From: Eledone cirrhosa
Taxonomy: Eukaryota
DNA length: 64,000 nt
NCBI GenBank assembly: GCA_964016885.1
Contig: OZ024754.1
Coordinates: forward strand, 30,566,001-30,630,000
Reading direction: 5' to 3'
Made by a program: the position numbers and the translations under genes. Below are positions 1 to 13,625 of this stretch, piece by piece (the stretch's first letter is position 1; the number at the start of each line of letters is the position of its first letter). Below the pieces are notes generated by a model. The model was given only the letters and a program-made list of their open reading frames with translations. It was not told the origin of the DNA and searched no databases.

Positions 1-490
1 TAAATACAGTGCAAGTGGATGGCCTTGAATTACACCTGTAACTACCCGAAGGAAGTCAGCTTCTTCTTCTGTTGTCAGTACCATGATGAGATTGTTTTCA
101 TCCATGATTCTGATTCCATTGATGAGTTTGAGCGGAATACTGTAATGAAATAGAACTTCAAACATATGTTTGTGGTTAATGTTATCAAAAGCTTTTCGAA
201 AGTCTATAGAGGTCAGATCAATATGGCTTCTTTTTGATGATTTCTTACTTCTTTAATTAGTCATCGGAGGGCCATAATCTGTCATGATGTAGATCTAGAT
301 GATATAAATCCATTTTGGTTTTGGTGTAGGATGTTTTCAATTTCTGGTCAAAGCCTGTTCAATATAAGGTGATTATGAATTTTGGTAACCACCTGTGTCA
401 GATTTATTCCATGATAATTGTCTGATATCTTAAGATAACTTTTCTTGGGAATAGATACTATTGTGGAAATACCCCATTCTTCTGGAAGGC
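1..490 (-). pseudogene. Degenerate RTE-type LINE reverse transcriptase fragment
   Basis: Minus strand reads DFSKAFDNINH and GVIQGHPLALYL (RT motifs DFxKAFD and GVxQGxxLxPxLF); truncated by the window edge. Confidence 0.75.
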
Positions 491-1042
491 TGTGTGTGTA
501 TATTTATGAATGTATGTATATGGTTATATGGTATATGACAACCATATGCATACAATAAATTCTCACACATATACATATATTTATTCACAAATACACACAT
601 ATATATGCATTCATTCTTGAATAATCACATACATACATTCATTCATAAATACATACATATATATATATATACATTCATTCATAAATACTCACACATATAC
701 ATACATTCATTTATAAATACTTACACATATATATATACATTTATTCACAAATACATATATATATACATTCATTCACAAATACACATATATATACATTCAT
801 TTATAAATACACACAGATAATCTTCTATTTCCATCTTATTAAGTTAGGTTTCCTATGTAAGAAATTTTCATGATTGTTGTCATTATTATAAAGACAATGG
901 TAGTGGTGAGAACTTCAAAGATAATGAAAGGCTGAATTTAATGCCTCATTACAAGTGAAGTCCTAAAATCTAGGGCCATTGTTCCCTAGGAGCCTTCAGG
1001 GTTGATAAAGCAAATGTGCTTATTATTATTATTCTTTTGAAG

Positions 1043-1272
1043 GAGCGGAGATTGTCAGAATCATTGAAGCATTAGATAAAATGGTTTGTGGCATTTAGTT
1101 ATGGCTCTTTACATTAATTTGACTTTCATTCTTTTGGTGTCAATAAAATAAAGTACTGGTCAAGTATTGGGTCAGTTTGATGGACCCCCCTCCCCCATCC
1201 ACACACAGATACACACACACATGCACACGCACAAAATTGCTGGTCTTGTGCCTTAATTAGAAACCTTTATTA
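1043..1272 (+). mobile_element. SINE family A, degenerate copy
   Basis: Matches the family body ctttcattcttttggtgtcaataaaataaagtac and tail ttgctggtcttgtgcc. Confidence 0.65.
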
Positions 1273-2207
1273 CTCCTTTGAAAAATGTTTGTGTTTTATT
1301 CTACAGTGTATGCGGAGCCTTTTCTTCTGGGTATTGCAACAGGTTAGGGAACTTTGGAAATGGAGATTAAAGTCAATGAAGAAGAGGAATTATTCAGTTA
1401 CAATATTTAGTTTCATTTACCTCAGTATGTCAGGGTTCATATCTTACCAATCTCAATTTTGCCTTTCATTTCTCCATAACCAACAATAATATATATATAT
1501 ACTGGAACTGATTCAATCTATGTAGCAATTCCTTTACAGTAGCTAGCTTTGTTCCTTCTCAATGAGGAATCATTTATTGTGATCAAAGTTTGATTATCTG
1601 GGATTAGTAGTGAGTCTGTCTAGATGTTTTAGCTGTAATTATTTCAGTGCCTCTAACTTCAAACAAAATATTTTCAAACTGTAAAAGATCAAAAGAAAAT
1701 ACAAAAATCCCCTGACAGTTAGATATTTGACAGAATATCTGAGGACTGAAAAATAGCAAATGAAAGAATGTGTGATAAATGCAGCATTTTTACAATTTAT
1801 TATATTATTACATACTGTAAAGGCTAAAAAAATATTTTAACATTGTAATAAATTTAAAAAAAAAAAATTTTTTTATGATAAAATTTCATGTAATATATTT
1901 TATGAATGTAAAAGAACAAAATAAAGTATTGTATAACTGCAAAACATCAAATTATTTCACATTTTGTCTGTCTACGCAGATAAATATTTGTATATATAGC
2001 TAATTTCTAACCATACGATATTGCTCAAACTACAATAACAGTTTTAAAAAAATAACAACTTATGTCCAAAATGTTGATCTACACAAATATTTCCCAAATT
2101 AGGTTCCAAGGAATTCCAAGGTCCCATAAAAACATTCTAGGACTTTGTGAGATAAGGTGTCTTTAATAAGGTTTAATAAAAATACATTATTGTTATATAT
2201 ATATATA

Positions 2208-2530
2208 TATAAAGAAAAAAAGATGAAATCGAAAATGCAACTGGAGTCTTATTTTTAAAAAAATATATATATTTATTTGGTTCCTTTACCGGTTTCGCAG
2301 TTCTTCTGCTTTTCAAAAGTAGAGTTGAGATGGAGGGTCTGTGGTTTTTCTCACATGTGAGAAAAACCACAGACCGGTAAAGGAACCAAATAAATATATA
2401 CTTTTTTTTAAAAATAAGACTCCAGTTGCATTTTCGATTTCATCTTTTTTTCTTTATACTTTCACTCGTGTAGGACACCTCGGTTATTTTTCATTTTGTA
2501 AAAAAAAAAAAAAAACCTCACTTTCTAATA
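2208..2530. mobile_element. Fold-back HHR cassette family P1 (Penelope-like pLTR derivative), right arm internally deleted
   Basis: Inverted arms centred on ctcacatgtgag (2350-2361); TA runs on both sides; near-identical to 20449-20825. Confidence 0.75.
2283..2319 (-). ncRNA. Minimal type-I hammerhead ribozyme, U3/A8 variant
   Basis: ctt-TTGAAAA-gcag(aagaa)ctgc-GAAA-ccgg-TA-aagg. Confidence 0.7.
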
Positions 2531-2569
2531 TATATATATTCTTTTACCTGTTTCAGCCATCCGGCTGAG

Positions 2570-2627
<58 letters not shown>

Positions 2628-2746
2628 AGTATATATATATATATAAATTCTCTCTACCTGTAAAATATAGGTATGCTCACACACGTGTGTTTGTGTGTGT
2701 GTGTGTGTACGTATTTGTTTTCATGCCTCTTCCTATCAACATCATT

Positions 2747-2946
2747 TAATCCTTTAGCATTTAAACCACTCTTTCTGTTCAAACCAGCCGTAATCGGCTG
2801 CTCATGTTGATGTTAAAGTATTGTTCTCAAAATAAATAATATCAAAATCTCATAGATTTGATATTATGCGAGATAATTATGAGGTAAATTTTTACTTTAC
2901 TGTGAAAATATAATTGTAAATATAGAGTAATGTAAATATAGGTTAA
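2747..2946. mobile_element. TTAA-flanked MITE family 1 (piggyBac-like)
   Basis: ttaatcctttagcatttaaac...ggttaa; homologous to the interrupted copy at 37741-38512. Confidence 0.6.
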
Positions 2947-3274
2947 GTTCACAGTTCAACACCATGCCTGTGTCTGTATGATGAAGGTTATTACTAGTCT
3001 TTTCTAAGTCGATAATGATGATGATGATGTTCACAAAGAGTTAAAGTAAAATTAGAACAGTTTATTGATATATTCATATAGTTCATGGTCAGGTGATGTC
3101 GTGTGTTCATCTGAAGCATGTTTCTAATTAGTTTATTCCAATATCTGTATGATAAAGATGATTACTAGTTTTTCCTAAGTCCACAGCCCAACACCATGCC
3201 TGTGTCGGTATGATGAAGGCATATAATGCTTCACCCATGCTAGTATGAAAAGGTGGACATTAAACAGTGATAAT

Positions 3275-3465
3275 AATTGTTTCTACTTTTGGCACAAGGC
3301 CAGCAATTATCCCAGTGTATTACTGGTACTTTATTTTTTCGACCCTGTAAGGATGAAAGACCAAGTTAACCTAGGCGGGATTTGAACTCAGACCATAAAG
3401 GGCTGTAACTCTTTGCTGCAAAGCATGGCGTCCGACCCTCTAACAAAACTGTCAATCCACCACCC
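3275..3465 (-). mobile_element. SINE family A, full length
   Basis: B box gagttcaaatcc; flanked by TSD-like ttaaacagt(g/a)ataataat; a second partial copy follows at 3480-3610. Confidence 0.85.
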
Positions 3466-4005
3466 TTAAACAGTAATAATAATTGATTTTACTTTTGGCA
3501 CAAGGCCAGCAATTATCCCAGTGCATTACTGGTACTTTATTTTATCAACCCTGTAAGGATGAAAGGCAAAGTTAACCTCGGCGGGATTTGAACTCAGATC
3601 GTAAAGGGAATAATGATGATGATAATGATCTGTGTTTGAACTTGATGTCTCTAAGTCCACAGTTCAGCATCATGCCTGTGTTAGTGTGCTGAAGGCTTAT
3701 GATGCTACACAAAATGCTAGCATGGAAAAATGATGTTAAACACTGATAATGATGAGGATGATGATAATGATAATCTGTGTTTGAACTTGATGTCTCTAAG
3801 TCCACAGTTCAGCACCATGCTTGGTTCTGTATGATGAAGGTCATTGTAGTGTGTTCTAAAGCTCTAACCATTGCAGAATACTTCATCCATATATAACAAT
3901 TGAATAAATTATGTTAAGTATGGATGAGGTATTCAGCATTTAGAGATTTTAGCTCAATATCTGCTGCATTGTGATGTTAGTGTAACTTTCAATGAGTCAT
4001 ACTAA

Positions 4006-4057
<52 letters not shown>

Positions 4058-4313
4058 GGTGAGCATGTGTCTGTCTGTGTTTGGAGGGGGCAAACATGTG
4101 TGGCTGTATGTGTATGGGTGAGCATATGTGTGTGTGGGTTGGCGAACATGTGGACGTGTGTGAATTTGTTTCTTTGCTTATTTATTATATTTTTTATCTT
4201 AATATCAATATGATTTCATTTAAGTGTGTGTATATATATATACATGTGTGTGTGTGTGTGGTATATATATATATATGTGTGTGTGTGTGTATATATGTGT
4301 GTGTGTGTGTGTG

Positions 4314-4375
<62 letters not shown>

Positions 4376-4417
4376 ATATATATGAGTGTGTATTAGAAAT
4401 GTATTAGAAATGAAGAA

Positions 4418-4668
4418 AATCTCAAATGCTGGAGGATGGCTGTGAAAGCTGCTTTAGAAAATCAGGTAAAAATATCCCTACCGACGGAAAAAATGCCCAG
4501 CATCCATTACAGAGAACTGATCTGTGTACCTCTCAAATTCCAGCTGAGAGGTACAGAATTTGATTCTCTGTAACTGCTGCTGGCCCCTTTTCCCAGTTAT
4601 AGGGGTAGTTTTACCCAATTTTCTAAAGCTGTTTTCAGAGTTATTCTCCTGTGTTTGAAGAAGATTAT
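4418..4668. repeat. About 250-bp imperfect palindrome (old MITE-like hairpin)
   Basis: Paired segments gctttagaaaat/attttctaaagc, ttacagagaa/ttctctgtaa and tgtacctctca/tgagaggtaca around 4540. Confidence 0.7.
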
Positions 4669-4707
4669 ATTCATCTGTAATATTTTGTTGCTATATCAAC
4701 CTTGTGA

Positions 4708-5035
4708 AGGGACATGGTTTAGTGGTTAGAGTGTCAGGCTTACAATCATGAAGTTGTGAGTTTGATTCTTGGACCGGATTTTGTTTTGTGTTCTTGAACA
4801 AGACACTTTATTTCATGTTGCTCCAGTTCACTCAGCTGAAGAAATGAGTTGCGATGTCACTGGTATCAAGTTGTATCGGTCTTTGCCTTTCCCTTGGACA
4901 ACATTGGTGGCTTGGAGAGGGGAGACTGGTGTGTATGGTTGACTGCTGGTCAAACAACTTTGGACTTGTGCCTCAGAGGGGAACTTCCTAGGTACAAATC
5001 TCATCGTCATTCATGACTAAAGGGGCTCTTATCCT
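4708..5035 (+). mobile_element. tRNA-derived CORE-like SINE (family B head, different tail)
   Basis: A box tggtttagtgg, B-box-like gagtttgattc, then cttgaacaagacactttatttcatgttgctccagt as in family B. Confidence 0.7.
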
Positions 5036-5040
5036 TTATA

Positions 5041-5475
5041 TTAACCTTACTGTAACCATATTTTTATGACATGTACTGTATTTCAATAAATTAGGGAAGA
5101 ATTTAAAAGGATTTACTATAATTATTGATTATTTCATTATTAAGATGATATTTGTAACATAACTTAATAAATGGGTTTTATGAATAAAATTATTCTGGAA
5201 GGTTTTAATTTAAATAGGAATCCTTTAGCCCTTTTGTTACTGCATCTCTAATAAAATACATTGTATTTCATGTAATTAATGAAGAATTTTGATGAATTTA
5301 CTAAAATTATTAATTAATCCATTATTAAGAGACTATTTCTAACCTAGCTTAATAAATGGTTCTTATATATAAAATTATGTTAGAAGGTTTAATTTAAATA
5401 AAACCCATTTAAAATGAGTGGTTTTGTTTTATAGAACCAGCGGTGGTTTTGAATGGATTGGTATGAAAAGGGTTA
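5041..5475. mobile_element. TTAA-flanked MITE family 2 with internal duplication
   Basis: Ends ttggtatgaaaagggttaa; related termini at 27276, 36838-37093 and 41950-41970. Confidence 0.55.
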
Positions 5476-5854
5476 AGTAGATGAAAGAACAACATAGAAA
5501 CAAGCTTCTTTCTTGACTCAAAGACTGTTTGTAATGTTAATAATTGACTGCAGAGAGCTTTGGAAACAGTTAAAGAAGATGAAAAGCATAAAGCAGAGGT
5601 TGTTGAGAAACTCTATGAGGTCAGGTGTATCTAGTAATGTTTGAAGAACAGAAGAGAGTGATACTTAGGTTGAATTAACATAAAGAACCATATATCCATT
5701 GACTGTGGGGGGAGTCAATCTTTTCAAATATTCTGTATAGGTTGTATGTTATATCACTGGATCAAGCAATATTTACTTACCATATACATACATACACATA
5801 TACACGCAGACACACACGCACACACTTACATATGTACATACATACATACACACA

Positions 5855-5903
<49 letters not shown>

Positions 5904-6016
5904 CATTATCATCATCATCATCATAACCCTTGCTAGCAGGAAAGCCAGACATTAAATGATGATGATTATATATATGTGTGTATGTATATATATATGTGTA
6001 TATATATATATGTGTT

Positions 6017-6048
<32 letters not shown>

Positions 6049-6663
6049 AGCAGAAGAGATATTCAATTTGTTGGTAATTCAACAAATATAAATGTTTATT
6101 AACAATATTATGAAAACATTTTCAATGCTGAACAAAATATTCAAATCTATAAATTGATCTCCTCTCACAACTACCTATTTATTTACATAAAACACAAAAT
6201 CAACTTCCCTCGTAACTCATTAGAAATATAAACAACTAATAATTGTAAATTATCTATATCTCTTTAATACTAATACATATGCGATTATTAACATATACAG
6301 ATATTTATACATATAACCTACTACAATATTGTAATAAGATAAATACATAATTCTCCATAGATAATATAGGTAAATATTCAAATTTTTTCCCCAAAATTAA
6401 CGTAAATACGAGGTCTTCTTAACTTTTTTCTTTTTTCCTTTTCTTTCTTTTTTCTTTCATACTCATACGAACACATATCTAAATTCTCCATAGCGTCTAA
6501 AATAACGTTTTTTCAAACCTATACCTCAACCTCATTTACATATTCATTTGCATACTCATCTTAACAATTTTGAAAAATCTGTCTTTAACTCCACTATCCA
6601 AAGAAAACTTCAACCGTTAAGGTATGTTCCTTGGCTATGTCAAAATTTATAAAACACACTTTG

Positions 6664-6725
6664 TATTTTATCTGATGAAAGTGTACCAAAGTTTTTGGTA
6701 CCCTTGAAATATATATAATAGAATA
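6664..6725 (+). ncRNA. Minimal type-I hammerhead ribozyme in a TA-flanked insert (about 6050-6770)
   Basis: tattttat-CTGATGA-aagtgtaccaa..ttggtaccctt-GAAA-tatata-TA-atagaata; 8-bp stem I, palindromic stem III, overlapping AATAAA. Confidence 0.75.
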
Positions 6726-6765
6726 AATATGGTTTTGTAAATATAGTTTCCATTTATTTAATATC

Positions 6766-6820
<55 letters not shown>

Positions 6821-6835
6821 TAAAATATATATATA

Positions 6836-7086
6836 TCATCATCATCATCATCATCATCATTTTACGTCCGCTTTTCCCTGCTTGCAAGGGTGGGACGGGT
6901 CTTATTCAGCACAGCATCTCTCCACTCGTCACGGTCCCTCGTCATCTCCACCGTGAGCTTCAATGATCTGAGGTCTGTTCTCACCACCTCCGCCCATGTT
7001 TTTCGTGGTCTACCTCTACCACGTCTTCCTTCAACTGGCATTTCCTGGCACTTCTTCACCCATCGGTCATCCTCCATGCGCATCAC

Positions 7087-7090
<4 letters not shown>
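6836..7090 (-). mobile_element. RTE LINE family B 3' end
   Basis: MRMEDDRWVKKC...GRRGRGRPRKTW followed by (GAT)n tail; near-identical to 25350-25623. Confidence 0.9.
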
Positions 7091-7176
<86 letters not shown>

Positions 7177-7182
<6 letters not shown>

Positions 7183-7342
7183 AAAATAACAGATTAAAGT
7201 TTAAGCAAAGAATCGCTGCTTTCACCCTTTAAACTTTAATCTGTTATTTTAATAAATATTTGCTCTACGGTTCTTATATATTTGATATATATTTATCTTT
7301 ATCGAGCCCTCTTTGGATTTTAGTCTTCAAATTTATTATTAT

Positions 7343-7347
<5 letters not shown>
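7177..7347. mobile_element. Fold-back HHR cassette family P2, centre deleted
   Basis: Same as 10139-10361 but lacking the hairpin centre; (TA)n on both sides. Confidence 0.75.
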
Positions 7348-7400
<53 letters not shown>

Positions 7401-7408
<8 letters not shown>

Positions 7409-7935
7409 TGCAAACTCTGCTAAGAGTATTGCAATTGCTTGTCAGATTACAGAAAATGGTGCACTTTTAGGCTACGGCCAGCCTCAGGAATCTGTAACAG
7501 ATCCTGAACAAGCAATGCCTGTGTTTTGAAGGTTTTTTAAGTGGGGAAAAGCCTTGCACTCAACCAATCCCACTCTCTGTACATCAAAAACACTGCCCGA
7601 AAAGGAGAACTGGTCAACATTATCGAATGATTCCGAAGCCGTAGGTTTTTTTTTTGTTTTTCAGAGTTTCCCTCTCTTAGAAAAGTGTTGTGACAACAAC
7701 TGGGGGCCTTTCACTCACAGGTGAAAAAAAAAAGGTACTATTTCGATGGCCATTGACTCTGCTGAGTTCCTCTGCCCTTCTCCGGGCCTTGTATTTCATC
7801 CCACAGGGTGTCCAGATATCACCATCCTCACCAAGCAAGCTTGGTGGAGTTGCCAGTTTAGTCGCCAACGACCCAACCATGAGACAGGTTGTACTGGGTT
7901 ACATGTTACCAGTAGCACTAGAGAGCAACCTGACA
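7401..7935 (-). mobile_element. Non-autonomous RTE-derived bipartite element
   Basis: 5' end shared with 55695-56302 (tactggtaacatg..gtcgttggcgactaaactggcaac); 3' end atactc..gag..gcagccatc. Confidence 0.7.
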
Positions 7936-7938
7936 CAC

Positions 7939-8006
<68 letters not shown>

Positions 8007-8214
8007 ACATATATGTATGTATATATATATATATATATACACATATACGTATGTATATATATATATATATATACATATATGTATATATACACATATATGT
8101 ATATATATATTTATATATATACATATATGTATGTATATATATATATATATATACACATATATGTATATATATATATAGACATGTATATATATATATACAT
8201 GTCTATATATAACT

Positions 8215-8427
8215 TTGAATAACTTTGAAATGTTTTGGCCAGTATTGGCCCAGGCCATGTCTAACTTAATAGCACCACCTGGCGAAGTCTTTCAATTCAG
8301 GATTTGGGCACCATGGCCCATTCGAGAAGAGAATTACTGTTTGCGGAGACATATCCGGGTGTGGGTGGTTTGTCCGGGATTACTTGGAGGAATTTGTCCA
8401 AAGACTTCTTGAATTTTGTGTGGTCAT
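8215..8427 (-). mobile_element. LINE 3' fragment, probably CR1 group
   Basis: [30 protein letters not shown] resembles the CR1-type C-terminus. Confidence 0.6.
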
Positions 8428-8445
8428 ATATATATATAAATACAT

Positions 8446-8487
<42 letters not shown>

Positions 8488-8604
8488 GTATATATATATA
8501 CATTTATATATATATATATGTATATATATACATGTATGTATATATATATTATAATTTTTCAGCCCCATGGATTTTGTCTATTATATTCCTTTGTTACATT
8601 TTGA

Positions 8605-8662
8605 ATACCTGATGATGTCACCGGATTCATATGGAACCCGGTCATTGAAATGATCATAGTAT
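8605..8662 (+). ncRNA. Minimal type-I hammerhead ribozyme in a TA-flanked insert (about 8550-8858)
   Basis: atac-CTGATGA-(accggattc/gaacccggt stem II)-GAAA-tgatca-TA-gtat followed directly by AATAAA; palindromic atgatcat. Confidence 0.75.
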
Positions 8663-8880
8663 AATAAACCTTTTAAGGAATTACACCAGTCCAGCCTCCT
8701 GTTATTTTATAATAATTAACTCCGTACTCGGACCCCCAACTACACAAACGAAGACGGGTGAGTTGCATTACATTGAGTGCTCTCCATATTATTACATCGA
8801 GGTTGGCCATACGGAATGACCAGTTCTATCCAGTGGTGAACCAACAAACCTAAATAAATATATATATATATATATATATA

Positions 8881-9731
8881 GAATGTTTAAGTATCGAGAG
8901 AGAGAAAAAAAGGAAAGATAAGCGATACATATATTTAGTTGCCAATAGTTTGTGCAAATGAGCTCAATACTCGTGCCTACAGGGTTAAATATTAGAAGCG
9001 TTAATATTTAGTGGGTGAGAAAATAAGCAGAGTGGTTATAAAAGAAATGAATACAAAGGAGTATATACAGTTAAAACATGTTTATATAACAATGCACCTA
9101 TGTACGTTTCGTCCAGAACGGGCTTCTCAAGGGGATAGAAAACAAAAAAATGACCAGTACGCGACACAGGAGGGGTTTTAAGGTTAAATTCACATCAGAG
9201 TTCATTTTTCGCTTAAGTACATGTGTTGTTATTGCCGCAGAGCAGGAGGAGTAACTCCGGCCGGTGCTTGAATAATCTTGTCCCACTGGCTTTTTTACCT
9301 GTTCACATGATGGTGTTTTGCGTTAATATTTTGTGGGTGCTGCTTTACTAATGCCGGTTCGAGCTGGGTCTGGGATGCCTATTTAGTTCACAGATGTTTG
9401 TTTACGCCGCCTGCCCACCAGAGTGTTAAGGTTTGGGCAGGTGACCCAGTTTATAGTTTTCATGCCACAGTTGCTTCCCACCCGAAGTAAGACGCTTGCA
9501 TTCGGTGCTTACAGTTTATGACTGATTCGGCTCTGCTGTTTATGAGCTCATGGGGTGTTCTTATGATGTAGTAAAGCTCCATGAGGCAAAGCTCACACTT
9601 CCTCTTGAAATTGTAGGGTGCAGCCCTACCTACAATATCCCAGTGTGTGGAGAAGCTGATGTTGGCGAAACGTACGTAGGTGCATTGTTATATAAACATG
9701 TTTTAACAGTATATACTCCTTTGTATTCATT

Positions 9732-9738
<7 letters not shown>
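8881..9738. mobile_element. HHR cassette with about 75-bp inverted arms and about 550-bp spacer
   Basis: 9037-9111 is the reverse complement of 9666-9740; long left arm with tail; (TA)n on both sides. Confidence 0.7.
9095..9134 (-). ncRNA. Hammerhead-like motif, U3/A8 variant
   Basis: cccc-TTGAGAA-gcccgttctggac-GAAA-cgtaca-TA-ggtg; mirror arm (9648-9682) has palindromic acgtacgt but a damaged core. Confidence 0.6.
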
Positions 9739-9773
<35 letters not shown>

Positions 9774-9782
9774 ATATATATG

Positions 9783-9813
<31 letters not shown>

Positions 9814-9830
9814 GTGTGTGTATATATATG

Positions 9831-9871
<41 letters not shown>

Positions 9872-9872
<1 letters not shown>

Positions 9873-10115
9873 GTGAAAAATGGAACGAGAACAAAACAGA
9901 GAGGCAGTACGAACAAAGGTTTATTAGTTTCACGTTTCACGCTCTTGAGAAGGGGGGGAACAACGTTTCGGGTATAAGCCCTTCTTCAGGCGAAAAGTGT
10001 GTGGGAAGAGAGTTCCAAGGGTGTGTAGGGGAGTGGGGGAGAGACATTTAGAAAAAAAGGGGGGGGGGGACGGAGGAAAAACGGTGGAAGGGGTACAAAT
10101 AACAATAACTATAAA
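9872..10115 (-). mobile_element. TA-flanked insert with partial hammerhead core (9962-9992)
   Basis: CTGAAGA-aggg(cttata)ccc-GAAA-cgt; stems I and III unclear; related tail fragment at 59698-59790. Confidence 0.5.
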
Positions 10116-10138
10116 AATATATATATATATATATATAT

Positions 10139-10359
10139 ATTTATTAAAATAACAGATTAAAGTTTAAGCAAAGAATCGCTGCTTTCACCCTTAACGGGAT
10201 CTTCTGAAGATCCCGTTAAGGGTGAAAGCAGCGATTCTTTGCTTAAACTTTAATCTGTTATTTTAATAAATATTTGCTCTACGGTTCTTATATATTTGAT
10301 ATATATTTATCCTTATCGAGCCCTCTTTGGATTTTAGTCTTCAAATTTATTATTATTAC

Positions 10360-10361
<2 letters not shown>
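10139..10361. mobile_element. Fold-back HHR cassette family P2
   Basis: Perfect palindrome of about 66-bp arms centred on t10205, plus about 90-bp tail; (TA)n on both sides. Confidence 0.8.
10204..10248 (+). ncRNA. Type-I hammerhead core (5' stem I disrupted by the inversion)
   Basis: CTGAAGA-tccc(gttaa)gggt-GAAA-gca(gcgattctt)tgc-TT-aaac. Confidence 0.65.
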
Positions 10362-10419
<58 letters not shown>

Positions 10420-10742
10420 CTTATGTATATACTTATGTATATATACAAACATCACTTAGTTTTGGAAACAGTTAATGTATGCAGCTAAATGCAGAGCAGT
10501 AACATATAATGGTTTATGTTTTTGGATGTGATCCAGACTTGACTGAATAATTGATGTCTAAATTGGTGGCCGATACTTGCGAGTGTGAAGACTGCCTTTC
10601 ATAACACCCCAAGGGGTCAATAAAACTAGAAACAACCAGCTTTTGACCATATTTGGGTGGATTAGTTTTGCACCACTTTCAACTGTTCAATTAAATACAT
10701 CATTATACATACACATAGAATTATACATGTACATATATTGAT

Positions 10743-10814
<72 letters not shown>

Positions 10815-10816
<2 letters not shown>

Positions 10817-11165
10817 TCATCATCATCATCATCATTTCATTTTACGTTTGATTTTTCCCTGCTTGCAAGGGTGGGACGGGAACTGATTTTGGCTTGGTTT
10901 CTACAGCTGGATGCCCTTCCTAACACCAACCTCATTTACAGTGAGTGCTGGGTGCTTTTTTGCCATAGCACCTGCACGACCACTTTTGCAGTGGAATGAT
11001 AGGGACCCCAGTCCCTATCATCTCATTTCTACAACTGAGTAAACTGGAGCAATGTGAAATAAAGTGTCTTGCTCAAGGAAACAACACATCACCCGGTCTG
11101 AGAATTGAACTCACAACCTTTCGAATACAAGGCCAATGCTCTAACCACTAAGCCATGTGCCTCCA
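10815..11165 (-). mobile_element. SINE family B (tRNA head, CORE-like body, RTE tail)
   Basis: ggaggcacatggcttagtggttagagc..gagttcaattc; ends cccttgcaagcaggg..(GAT)n. Confidence 0.85.
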
Positions 11166-11212
11166 TGTGCCAGCAGAGTCAATGGCCATCCAAATAGTAC
11201 TATATATATATA

Positions 11213-11896
<684 letters not shown>

Positions 11897-11943
11897 TATA
11901 TATATATATATAAATATATATTTATACAAATACATAAATATAC

Positions 11944-11997
<54 letters not shown>

Positions 11998-12000
<3 letters not shown>

Positions 12001-12876
12001 TGACCGAATTAGCAGCGGAGGTGGGTGTTCAGAAAGTACAATATCTAGGGTAAGAACGGGATGGAAGAAGTTCAGGGAACTACTACCACTGCTAGCTGCA
12101 AAAGGCTTCTCCCTCAAAATGAAAGGCAGACTGTATGATGCGTGTATCCGAACAGCAATGTTGCATGGTAGTGAGACCTGGGCACTGAAGGTGGAAGACT
12201 TACATAGATTAGAGAGAAACGAAGCCTGCATGCTCCGATGGATGTGTAATAGTAATATACACAAACGACAAAGCATAAATAAATTGAGAGAGAGACTGAG
12301 CATAAGAGGAATCAAATGCTGTGTGCAGGAGAGGCGGTTGCGTTGGTATGGACATGTGATGCGTATGAAGGATGACAGCTGCATAAAAAGGTGCAGAGCA
12401 CTAGAAGTCGATGGAAACCGCGGAGTGGGGAAACCCAAGATGACCTGGGATGAGGTGATAAAAGCCGACCTTACCCAACTACACCTCTCAAAGGCGATGA
12501 CACACGACCATAACCTCTGGTATCACGCAGTAATACAGAGAACCCGACCTCCCATGGGTACAAGCTGAAGCATATAGACAATATGCCCCCACACCCTCCC
12601 ACTGCAAGGTGGTCGTGGAGGTGCCACGGCAAAAAAGCACCCAGTCCACACTGTAAAGTGGACATGTAGGCGCCACGAAAAAGCACCCAGCACTCACTGT
12701 AAATGAGGTTGGTGTTAGGAAGGGCATCCAGCTGTAGAAATCAAGCCAAATCAGTTCCTGTATGAGCAAGGCATGGTCAGCCGACCCGACACTGCCCACA
12801 ACAGGACAACCCGTCTAACCCATGCTAGCATGGAAGAACGGACATAAAGCGGTGGTGATGATGATAATGATGATGA
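11998..12876 (+). mobile_element. RTE LINE family A 3' fragment with 3' UTR
   Basis: [20 protein letters not shown]...[11 protein letters not shown]; homologous to 62390-63370; (GAT)n tail. Confidence 0.9.
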
Positions 12877-13069
12877 TATATACATATATTGAACTACCAA
12901 CAATATTACCGTCATGAATATCACGACCACCACCATCACCTCCATCCCCACCATCAATATCTGAAGCAACAATGGGCAGGTGTGGGGGATCAAACCACCA
13001 TGGAAAGGTCTATGTTGTTGTTCTGTCAGTTCCAGCTCCTTATGTTTCAAGTTCAAATCCTGCTAAAGT

Positions 13070-13625
13070 CATTCTTGTTGACTTTGTTGTTGTTGTTGTT
13101 GTGGTTGTTGTTGACTTTGTTGTTGTTGTGGTTCTTGTTGACTTTGTTGTTGTTGTGGTTCTAGTTGACTTTGTTGTTGTTGTGCTTCTAGTTGACTTTG
13201 TTGTTGTTGTGGTTCTTGTTGATTTTGTGGCTGTGGTTGTTCTTATTGTTGTTGTTGCTATGTTCTTGATTTTGTGACTGTTGTTGTTGTTGCTGTTGTG
13301 GTTCTTGTTGATTTTGTGGCTGTGGTTGTTGTTATTGTTGTTGTTGCTATGTTCTTGATTTTGTGACTGTTGTTGTTGTTGCTGTTGTGGTTCTTGTTGA
13401 TTTTGTGGCTGTGGTTGTTCTTATTGTTGTTGTTGCTATGTTCTTGATTTTGTGACTGTTGTTGTTGTTGCTGTTGTGGTTCTTGTTGATTTTGTGGCTG
13501 TGGTTGTTGTTATTGTTGTTGTTGCTATGTTCTTGATTTCGTGACTGTTGTTGTTGTTGTTGTTGCTGTTGTGGTTCTTGTTGATTTTGTGGCTGTTGTT
13601 GTTGTTGTTATTGTTGTTATTGTTG
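13070..13625. repeat. (GTT)n-derived array with 89-bp higher-order unit
   Basis: gctatgttcttgattt recurs at about 13257, 13346, 13435 and 13524. Confidence 0.85.

Noticed and set aside
6594-6770. ORF with FINFDI resembling a Penelope RT motif
   Set aside because: No following FYPSI-type motif; it is antisense to a well-formed hammerhead, so likely coincidental
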